From: an uncultured Coriobacteriaceae bacterium | Lineage (GTDB): Bacteria; Actinomycetota; Coriobacteriia; Coriobacteriales; Coriobacteriaceae | DNA: 64,000 nt | Assembly (NCBI GenBank): GCA_944319885.1 | Contig: CALUFC010000011.1 | Coordinates: 327 to 64,326 of the forward strand | Direction of reading: 5' to 3' | Shown here: in pieces, positions 47,142 through 54,281 of the stretch | Numbering within the stretch: the stretch's first letter is position 1 | How the letters are laid out: every line of letters starts with the position of its first letter | Notes under the pieces: model-generated | Database searches by the model: none | What the model saw: only the letters and a program-made list of their open reading frames with translations | Told to the model about the DNA's origin: nothing | Position numbers and translations under genes: made by a program

Positions 47142-47261
47142 ATTGGTATCCTTTCTTTTTGCCCCCTTCGGGCGTCCCCGTAGGGGAGTGCCGCCGCAGG
47201 GCGTCCCCCTTGGCGGCGCGGGGAGCGTCGGACGTCTACGACCCCTCCCGCCGGGCATAGT

Positions 47262-47309
47262 GTATATACCCGATAGCTACAGTATATACTCACCTATACA
47301 CAGTGCAAG
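47262..47309 (-). promoter_or_regulatory. 48-nt promoter/operator block identical to 60484-60531, containing two GTATATAC palindromes
   Basis: gtatatacccgatagctacagtatatactcacctatacacagtgcaag occurs at both loci, about 120 nt upstream of each GntR TTG start. Confidence 0.55.
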
Positions 47310-47432
47310 AGGAAGATCGAATCTTTTAGGTAGTTGAAGAGAAGATTTGCCCGCAACTTCTTCCCGGCAACGAGAAGATGTTCTGTGACAATGTGGGGCG
47401 GGAGATTATGCAGCCACCAATGGAGATGACGC

Positions 47433-47939
47433 ATGCTTGCGGTTCGTACGCTCTATATAGATGGCGACGCCTGTCCGGTCACGCGGGAGGCGCTCGCCTG
47501 CGCGCGGCGCGCCCGCGTACCGGTTGTCATCGTGGGCAACACCACGCAGAATCTCGCGCGGCGCATCCGTCGCGATGACCCGCGTGATGTCGAGCACGCC
47601 CGCGGACGTGATGCGACGCACGCGGGCTTCTGGATCGAGCTGCTCGACGTCTCCGTGGGAGCCGACAGTGCCGATTTCGCCATCGTTGAGCGCTTGCGGC
47701 CGGGTGATGTGGTGGTTACGCAGGATATTGGCCTTGCGAGCATGGTGCTCGGGCGTGGCGCGGCGGCGATCGGTGTGCGCGGGCGCGTTTATTCCCAAGC
47801 GACGATCGACATGGATCTCTTCATCCGCCACGAGGAGAAGAAGGTGCGCCGTGCGGGCGGCCGCACGCGCGGTCCCGCGGCGTTCACCGAGGAAGATCGC
47901 GAGCGCTTCACACGCAATCTCGCCGAACTCTTGCGATAG
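47433..47939 (+). CDS. YaiI/YqxD-family protein (DUF188)
   Basis: The motifs YIDGDACPV and VVTQDIGLA are typical of UPF0178/DUF188. Confidence 0.78.
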   Translation: MLAVRTLYIDGDACPVTREALACARRARVPVVIVGNTTQNLARRIRRDDPRDVEHARGRDATHAGFWIELLDVSVGADSADFAIVERLRPGDVVVTQDIGLASMVLGRGAAAIGVRGRVYSQATIDMDLFIRHEEKKVRRAGGRTRGPAAFTEEDRERFTRNLAELLR

Positions 47940-47966
47940 CGGTAGCTCGGCGGAGCGCTGATTGCG

Positions 47967-48380
47967 TTAGACGTGCTCGTCGCTTGAGTTCATCAGCAAG
48001 ACGAGGGCGACGCATGCAAGGCCGATGCCCAAAAGGCCGAGTGCGTTTCTCGGCTCCACGTTATCCATGATGGTGAGCGCGGTGACGCCAACGCCCATGG
48101 CGAGCGCGACGGCCTTGAGGACAAGCTCGACGAGTGCAGGTGCCTGAGCTCCTGCCGGCTCCTCTTGGGCTGCCGTTTTCACCTCAAGCAGTTCGTCAAC
48201 GGAGGTGCCGAGCACCTCGGCGAGCTTCGGCAACGAGGCCACATCTGGGAACGAGAGGTCGCGTTCCCATTTTGATACCGCCTTATCGGTAACGCCCATG
48301 TGACGGGCAAGATCGAGTTGCGTCATGCCCTTTGCCTTGCGAAGGGCGGAGATAGTGGCACCGAAGGTCTGCTTGGTCAT
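47967..48380 (-). CDS. Membrane-anchored XRE-HTH protein (137 aa)
   Basis: The ATG at 48380 follows gaaagga. HTH region MTQLDLARHMGVTDKAVSKWERDLSFPD, with two C-terminal TM helices. Confidence 0.75.
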   Translation of the reverse strand: MTKQTFGATISALRKAKGMTQLDLARHMGVTDKAVSKWERDLSFPDVASLPKLAEVLGTSVDELLEVKTAAQEEPAGAQAPALVELVLKAVALAMGVGVTALTIMDNVEPRNALGLLGIGLACVALVLLMNSSDEHV

Positions 48381-48611
48381 GATCGTCCTTTCGTTGGCCT
48401 GCATTCGATGCGTTCATCGTGCCGCGCAGGGGCCGTGCGCTCAACCGACCGCCAGTTGAGTTCTCTCGACCGTTGGTAGAGTTGCAGTTTACGGCATATG
48501 AGCGTGCTGTTTGCCACAATGGCATCAGTCTAAACGGATGACTTCATATGTGCGGCGGCATGATTGGGCATCGAGTGCCGGACGATTGTTCAACATGGGG
48601 CACGGACTGCA

Positions 48612-49025
48612 TCAGCGTCGGCTATCACGGAAGTGCCGCAGCCCCCACCCGCAGGCGAAGCCGATCGCGCCAGGTGCGAGACCCATGAGGAATGCCGCGA
48701 GATCGACAGGCGCGATGTTTGCGATGCCTAGGGCGGAAGACAGGCTGAACGTGAGCAGCAGGGCGGCAACGTAGAGGAGCGCGCCGACAAGCGGTGCGAG
48801 GAAGCGCGCCCTTCCAAGTTCCTTTCGCCAACCTGCCAGTGTGCAGATGATAGCAGATGCGCTGGGAAGCGCTACATAGTATACGAGCAGCGTGTAAGCG
48901 AAAATACCACTGCCGGAAAACGGCATGCCCAGCCAAAACCAGAGGATGCATGCCAGCAAAAGAAGTAGGTAGATGGGGGCGGTGATCGATAGAGCCCTTC
49001 CGGCGCGCTCAACCAACATGCGCAT
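48612..49025 (-). CDS. Small multi-pass membrane protein, unknown function
   Basis: Four predicted TM helices. ATG at 49025, 9 nt after gggag (the ORF track uses a GTG at 49034). Confidence 0.45.
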   Translation of the reverse strand: MRMLVERAGRALSITAPIYLLLLLACILWFWLGMPFSGSGIFAYTLLVYYVALPSASAIICTLAGWRKELGRARFLAPLVGALLYVAALLLTFSLSSALGIANIAPVDLAAFLMGLAPGAIGFACGWGLRHFRDSRR

Positions 49026-49050
49026 TCCTGACACCTCCCGAAGAACGTAT

Positions 49051-49287
49051 CTAGGTTGATAATACCCTGTTTAAGCTGTGGTCCCCGTCTTTATAAGTGG
49101 GGGGGGGCAGGGTATCGTCCGCATTGTCGAGGTGTGAAGAGTTCTCCAGAGGCGGCTGCGCTGACTCGCCCAGCTCGAAGGCTGTCTGCATGTCATAAAA
49201 CGGTTGGAGAATCATTTCGATGTGCGGATGTGGTGGTGTGGTGACGGCTTTGAAGCCCGTTTCTGTGCAAGAATTGCGGTAGTGCAC
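49051..49287 (-). CDS. Hypothetical 78-aa ORF containing a C9 (PPP) homopolymer
   Basis: ORF only, with no family recognised. It ends 17-26 nt before the next minus-strand gene. Confidence 0.2.
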   Translation of the reverse strand: MHYRNSCTETGFKAVTTPPHPHIEMILQPFYDMQTAFELGESAQPPLENSSHLDNADDTLPPPTYKDGDHSLNRVLST

Positions 49288-49668
49288 GCCTTAATTTAAG
49301 TATGCATTTTCACAGCAAGAATATGCATATAAAACCGCAGGATTTGGACTTCAATATCAACTCTATGACACTCTTTTTCCAACTTGGTCGTGCACTACCG
49401 TAAATTTGACACATATATCGCTTGGGCTGGTGGCACGAACCGGCCTGAGATGCTCGACGCACTGCATAATCCTTGGAGGAGCCCTGCATTCGTACGGTCG
49501 ATTGTGTGCGGGGTCGCCTGCTCGATATGGGTTTTGAGGTGCAGCGGTTATTATAGAATTACAAAAGTAGCAGGTCAGACAGCTTGTAAACCACTTTATA
49601 CGGCATCTCGGGCGCCCCTCGGCTACGTTAGAGTCGTAAGAGAGCTTGCGAGGGATGGGGAAGCACGC

Positions 49669-50253
49669 ATGGACATCGGCAACCAGATCAGGGAGCGGCG
49701 GCAGCGGCTCGGGCTCTCGCAGGACGAGCTGGCGCAGAAGCTCTACGTGAGCCGCGTCACGGTGAGCCACTGGGAGACTGGCAGGACCCTGCCCGACGTC
49801 CAGAGCATGCTCCTGCTCGCGAACCTCTTCGGCACCACGATCGACGAGCTGGTGAGGGGAGACGTGGACGAGATGCGCGAGATGGTCGAGAAGAACGAGC
49901 GGCGGACGAGGGCCTTCGCGATGGCGCTGGGGGCAGTGGAGCTCGCTGTCATCGCCGTGCTTGCCATCACGGCGGTGGTGGGACGTGCGTATCTGGAACT
50001 GGTGCTGCGTCTGCTGCTCGCAGTGCTGGTAGTGGCAGCGGCCATCGTCGCCTCTGTCGCGCGGCATCAGGAGGGCGGGCGTGACGCCAAGAGCGCTGCC
50101 GAGCTTTTGGGGGCGGCGTCGGGCGATCCCGCGAAGGCGGCACAGGAGAGCACCTCCGCCAACGTTCTGCGGGTGGTGCTTCAGGTCTTCGTGGGGCTTG
50201 CCGTGGGCATTGGCGTGCTTGTGCTGGGTGGTTTGCTGCTCGACGTACGGTAG
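49669..50253 (+). CDS. Membrane-anchored XRE-HTH protein (194 aa), possibly truncated by an in-frame TAG
   Basis: HTH region LSQDELAQKLYVSRVTVSHWETGRTLPD, then TM helices. The same reading frame stays open after the TAG at 50251 and encodes further hydrophobic helices. Confidence 0.72.
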   Translation: MDIGNQIRERRQRLGLSQDELAQKLYVSRVTVSHWETGRTLPDVQSMLLLANLFGTTIDELVRGDVDEMREMVEKNERRTRAFAMALGAVELAVIAVLAITAVVGRAYLELVLRLLLAVLVVAAAIVASVARHQEGGRDAKSAAELLGAASGDPAKAAQESTSANVLRVVLQVFVGLAVGIGVLVLGGLLLDVR

Positions 50254-50298
50254 TTCATTGGGCTCGCGGCGGCCGTTGGCGTCGTTGTCGCGCTGGCG

Positions 50299-50493
50299 GT
50301 GGCGCGGATGCTGAGCCGCTATGCGCGCCCCATATGGACGGCCGCCGTCCTGCCGGCGCTCTGGGTCGTGGGCGCCATCGCCCTCGGCACCGCGACGGGC
50401 GGCCTTGGCTCACCGCGCGGCTGGATTGCAGTGGCGGGTGGCGCCATTTCGCTGCTCGCGTTCTGGGCGATCGGACAGAGCCGCCGCAGGTAG
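50299..50493 (+). CDS. Small 2-TM ORF, in frame with and directly after the preceding gene
   Basis: GTG start in the ORF track. Hydrophobic sequence begins right after the upstream TAG (FIGLAAAVGVVVALAV...). Confidence 0.3.
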   Translation: MARMLSRYARPIWTAAVLPALWVVGAIALGTATGGLGSPRGWIAVAGGAISLLAFWAIGQSRRR

Positions 50494-50535
50494 GCGCGAG
50501 GCGCCCCGTCGCCCCGCGCCATGGCGGCCTGTGCC

Positions 50536-50832
50536 CTACCGGACCCCCTCGTAATGCGTCCACATGCGAACGACCTTGACCGTTCCCTGAAACTGCGCGC
50601 CGTCAACGGTGACGGGTGCGGCATCGACGGTGTAGACAAAACGATGCTGCAGGGAGATGCGGCGCGAATAGAGCCCTTCGAGGCTGCCAACAAGGCCCTC
50701 AAAGGCAGGAGGCGTTGCAAACGGGTTGGCGCGCACGACCTCAACGAGCTGTTTGCCCTTTTTCTCCAATCCTGCCGCCTTGAGCTTTTTTGCATCTTTG
50801 GCTGCCTGTTTGGTGAAGACGACGTACCACAT
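50536..50832 (-). CDS. yoeB: Txe/YoeB-family type II toxin (mRNA interferase)
   Basis: ATG at 50832, 2 nt after the antitoxin stop. Motifs LYSRRISLQHRFVY and a C-terminal RMWTHYE. Confidence 0.8.
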   Translation of the reverse strand: MWYVVFTKQAAKDAKKLKAAGLEKKGKQLVEVVRANPFATPPAFEGLVGSLEGLYSRRISLQHRFVYTVDAAPVTVDGAQFQGTVKVVRMWTHYEGVR

Positions 50833-50834
50833 GC

Positions 50835-51086
50835 TCACCACTCCAGGGAGCTCTCGTCAACGCATTCCTCGATGGGGGCATCGCGGCCGTCGATGAGCGA
50901 CTGCGCCATGCCGGGAATGCCCATGAGGTAGAGGGTCTCCTCGATGGCGGCCCACTCGTCCTCGCCCACGAGTACCGCCCCCTTGCCCTTGGTGTTGGTG
51001 ATGGCGATGGGCGCGCAGTTCTCGTTGGTCTGGGCGATGATGTTGTAGAGATCCTTGCGCAGAGCGGTCGCGCTGATTGAGGTCAT
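50835..51086 (-). CDS. yefM: Phd/YefM-family type II antitoxin
   Basis: 83 aa. Motifs SATALRKDLYNII and EDEWAAIEETLYLM are typical of Phd/YefM. Confidence 0.85.
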   Translation of the reverse strand: MTSISATALRKDLYNIIAQTNENCAPIAITNTKGKGAVLVGEDEWAAIEETLYLMGIPGMAQSLIDGRDAPIEECVDESSLEW

Positions 51087-51097
51087 AACTGCTCCTA

Positions 51098-51145
51098 ACG
51101 TACGCTGTTACGTACGTTGATTTTAGCGTACGCAACAGCGTACGT
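51098..51145. promoter_or_regulatory. Candidate YefM-YoeB operator: 19-bp inverted repeat (18/19) carrying four CGTACG hexamers
   Basis: acgtacgctgttacgtacg (51098-51116) pairs with cgtacgcaacagcgtacgt (51127-51145), immediately upstream of the yefM RBS aggag. Confidence 0.5.
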
Positions 51146-51445
51146 CAATCAAACGTGAGTTGGAACGGGCGCGTCCCGCGCCTATCTAAATACGCATATT
51201 CCGCGAGCAACCGAGCTTGGGCGCTTCCCGTTGTAGGTGCGTCGTGGGGCGGAACCGTCCCTAGCTCGGATAGGCCGCCGGGCGCCCCAAGGGAGCCTCC
51301 CGCGGGGCGCCCTCTCGTTTACGTGCATCCATGGGTTTCGTCGTGGGTAGAATCGCCCCAAATATCCCCTCCTGAGGAGGCACGCATGACGACAGGCCTC
51401 TAGCCGATGACGCCAGACGCTTTCGCTATCGGATGGAGGACAGCT

Positions 51446-52561
51446 ATGTCGAAAATCAGGGAGATGCTGCCCGGTGAGTACGGGCTGCTGGACGAGTTTC
51501 TGTACCAGGCGATCCACACCGATCCGGGCGAGCCGCGCTCGCCGCGCGCCGCGCTCGCGGACCCGTCGCTGCGCGCCTACGTTGAGGGCTTCGGCCGCGC
51601 CGGCGACGTCGCTGTCTGCGCCGAGGAGGACGGCGGGGTCGTGGGGGCCGCGTGGGCGCGTCTCATGCGCGGCTACGGTTTCGCGGGGGACGGCGTGCCG
51701 GAGCTCGCCGTTTCCGTCCTGCCGGGCCATCGCGGCCGCGGGTTGGGGACCGCGCTGATCTCCGCCCTCGTCGAGCGGTGCTCAGAGCTCGGCTATCCGG
51801 CGCTGTCGCTCTCGGTCCAGCGCTCCAACCCCGCCGCGCGCCTCTACGAGCGGTTCGGCTTCCGGGAGGTCTCCGGCGACGACAGGGAGGCCGTGATGAC
51901 GCTCCCGCTTGGCGGACGTGACGAGGAATCCCGCGGGGAAGCCCCCTTCGAGCAGGCGCGCGCAGCGGCCCTGCGGGTGCTGACCGCCCCCGGTCTTGCC
52001 GGGAGGGTCTATCTACAGGGAGGGCTTGTGCCCTGGGTCGCCTTCGGGCGCGACTCCGGGCGGCCCCACGGCGACGTGGACGTCTCGGTGCGCTTGGTCG
52101 ACATGCCAACCGTGCGCGCCTGGCTCGCCACCAAGGGCCTGTACAACTCCGCGCTCGACTCGCTCAACCTGGGATGCAACGAGAGCCGTGGCGACTTCGG
52201 CGTCCACGCGCTCATCGACGGTGTGCTCGTGAGCTTCTGCCCGTTCCGCTTCGAGGGCTGCAATCTTCGCCAGCGCAATGCCGCGCTCGCGGCGACTGAC
52301 GGCTTCGACGCCCTGCTTGAGGCAGTCGTCCCCGGCGTTGCGGAGCGTGACTTATTCAAGATGCGCGTGCTGCCGGACGGCACTGTTGTCGGTTGCGCCA
52401 CGCTCGAGTCCGTCCGCGCCGCCAAGGTCGCGAGCGGGCGCGAGAAGGACGCACACGACGTCGCCGAGATCGACCGCATCGGCTTCGACCCCGCACGCTA
52501 CGCTCGCGTGGCCGCCGCCTACGCTGTCATGAGCATCGAGTGCATCGCCCACGAGGAGTAG
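51446..52561 (+). CDS. GNAT acetyltransferase fused to a nucleotidyltransferase-fold domain (Lnu/ANT(2'')/AbiEii-like)
   Basis: The ATG at 51446 follows ggatggagga. GNAT core LPGHRGRGLGTALISAL...LYERFGF. The C-terminal half has GG-x11-R-x-HGDVDVSV and a distal REKDAHDV motif. Confidence 0.7.
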   Translation: MSKIREMLPGEYGLLDEFLYQAIHTDPGEPRSPRAALADPSLRAYVEGFGRAGDVAVCAEEDGGVVGAAWARLMRGYGFAGDGVPELAVSVLPGHRGRGLGTALISALVERCSELGYPALSLSVQRSNPAARLYERFGFREVSGDDREAVMTLPLGGRDEESRGEAPFEQARAAALRVLTAPGLAGRVYLQGGLVPWVAFGRDSGRPHGDVDVSVRLVDMPTVRAWLATKGLYNSALDSLNLGCNESRGDFGVHALIDGVLVSFCPFRFEGCNLRQRNAALAATDGFDALLEAVVPGVAERDLFKMRVLPDGTVVGCATLESVRAAKVASGREKDAHDVAEIDRIGFDPARYARVAAAYAVMSIECIAHEE

Positions 52562-52608
52562 CGCGATTAAATGCTCCAAGGGCAGCAACACCATCAGAGC
52601 AGTCGTTT

Positions 52609-52647
52609 CAAGGGCGTTCGGCATTCGTTCGATGCTGAACGCCCTTG
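52609..52647. terminator. Bidirectional hairpin between convergent genes
   Basis: 11-bp stem caagggcgttc / gaacgcccttg. Confidence 0.5.
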
Positions 52648-52667
52648 GTTGGGATCACTCGCAGCAA

Positions 52668-53045
52668 CTACGTCAGCTCAAGCCCTTTATCATCGCAATA
52701 TGCACGGCACGATGAGAGGAGTTCATCGAAGTCTCTCGATATGACTTCCCAAAGAATCTCGCGGTCGACCTCCCCGTAGGCGTGGGCGAGGCGGTTTCTC
52801 ACGCCGGCGGCTCCTTTCGTATCAAACCCGTAAGCGCGGGAGACCTCGTCGCTGATTCTTCCGGCCTCCTCTGTCACGCGAAGCACTCGATTGATGATGC
52901 CTTCGGAAATAAGGTCCTCTTCGGTGGAGGCGGGGGACAGAAACCGCTCGCGCGTGAATGCAAGTTCGCTCATTTGCCTCTGAGTCTGAGTGACCACATC
53001 GAATATCTCCTGTATCCTACCGAGGTCGTTCGGCTTCGCGCTCAT
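52668..53045 (-). CDS. hepT: HepT-like (DUF86) RNase toxin
   Basis: Rx4HxY motif (RNRLAHAYGEVD). 125 aa. It overlaps the upstream NTase gene by 29 nt. Confidence 0.8.
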   Translation of the reverse strand: MSAKPNDLGRIQEIFDVVTQTQRQMSELAFTRERFLSPASTEEDLISEGIINRVLRVTEEAGRISDEVSRAYGFDTKGAAGVRNRLAHAYGEVDREILWEVISRDFDELLSSCRAYCDDKGLELT

Positions 53046-53583
53046 AGATCAGCTCCTTATCTCGCTCGATGGCCTCCCGAAGGGCGGTGTTCTTTATCGT
53101 TTTGGCAGTCACCACATCGGCGGAGCGGCCTGTGAGCTGCTCGACCTGCTTGGAGAAGTGCTCGAGGTCACGAAGGTTGAACGCGTGAGACGCGTCAATA
53201 TCAAGACGGATGTCAACGTCGCTGTTTTCGGAGTGTGTGCCCCGCGCGAACGAGCCGAAGAGGTAGGCACGCTCGATGGCGGGAAAGCGCGAGCATACCT
53301 CTCGTATCTTGTTGGTAACGAGCTGCTTGTCGTTGGCGATGCCTTGCTGTCCTTGGATAAGTCGGAGCGTCTCGGATACCTTCTGCTCTATGCGCGCGAG
53401 GGCGCCATCCTCTGTCTTGCATCTCTCAGATTCAATGCCTTTATTCAAGAAATGGAGAAACGCATCGGTTTTGCTCAAGCGGTGTTCGGAGGCAAACTGT
53501 TCGACTGCGTTTACGAGCTCGGACGGGAGTCGCAGTGAGACGGCGGTTCTTGGTGTTCGTGCTGATGCAGCTTGCATACCCAT
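53017..53583 (-). CDS. mntA: MntA-type minimal nucleotidyltransferase antitoxin with an N-terminal RHH/CopG-like extension
   Basis: The ATG at 53583 follows ggaggtgg. NTase motif GSFARGTHSENSDVDIRLD. The N-terminus VSLRLPSELVNAVEQFASEHRLSKTDAFLHFL looks ribbon-helix-helix. Confidence 0.8.
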   Translation of the reverse strand: MGMQAASARTPRTAVSLRLPSELVNAVEQFASEHRLSKTDAFLHFLNKGIESERCKTEDGALARIEQKVSETLRLIQGQQGIANDKQLVTNKIREVCSRFPAIERAYLFGSFARGTHSENSDVDIRLDIDASHAFNLRDLEHFSKQVEQLTGRSADVVTAKTIKNTALREAIERDKELIYEREAERPR

Positions 53584-53758
53584 GTTCCACCTCCAATATG
53601 TATGACAATTGTAACACACATGAATGCGGCAATCGTATCAGCTTCGATCTAATCGAAACATGGTGGTTCGACAGATGTGATTTCTGGCATTACGAGCATA
53701 TGGCAACCACCTGTGCCGCTATCGATTCGATTGCGGCGCCGGTTGGGCAAGAGCCGGC

Positions 53759-54145
53759 CTACCTCACGAAGAGGCCTCCGTTGATTACCCCGTAGGCCAC
53801 CACCAGGGCGAAGAGCGCCAGGACGACGCAGCCGACGACGAGGAACGCCCGCCAGGCCCTGAGCGCAGCCTCCTTGCCCCGCTCGACGTCGGAGTAGATC
53901 GACGAGATCTGCTTCTCTGACTCGTTGAGGGCGCGCACGTCGCCCACGTCGACGCCCCTCACGAGCTCGTCGAGGCTCATCTCGTAGTAGTCCGACAGCA
54001 GGACGAGCCTCTGGAAGTCGGGGTAGGACTGCCCGAGCTCCCACTTCGACACCGTCTGCCTCGAGACGCCGAGCTCGTAGCCGAGCTGCTCCTGCGAGAG
54101 CCCCTTCTTCCTCCTGAGGTCGGCGAGCCGTTCGTTGAAGTTCAT
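53759..54145 (-). CDS. Membrane-anchored XRE-HTH protein (128 aa)
   Basis: The ATG at 54145 follows gaaagga. HTH region LSQEQLGYELGVSRQTVSKWELGQSYPD, with one C-terminal TM helix. Confidence 0.75.
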   Translation of the reverse strand: MNFNERLADLRRKKGLSQEQLGYELGVSRQTVSKWELGQSYPDFQRLVLLSDYYEMSLDELVRGVDVGDVRALNESEKQISSIYSDVERGKEAALRAWRAFLVVGCVVLALFALVVAYGVINGGLFVR

Positions 54146-54281
54146 GGTCGTTCCTTTCGGTCGGTTCTGCAGTCCGCACCGCGTGGGTGCAAGACCATGG
54201 AACCGCGCCGCGGGCCCTGGCGCCACCAACGACGGTTGGCGATCCGTCAACCAAAGGCGGCATTGGGCGAGGTTGCGGCGG

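Noticed and set aside
47063-47293. Leader peptide MSIYCSYRVYT... upstream of both GntR genes
   Set aside because: The shared N-terminal peptide merely reflects the identical 48-nt DNA block. Downstream the ORF is in frame with GntR at one locus and out of frame at the other, so a conserved coding function is unlikely.
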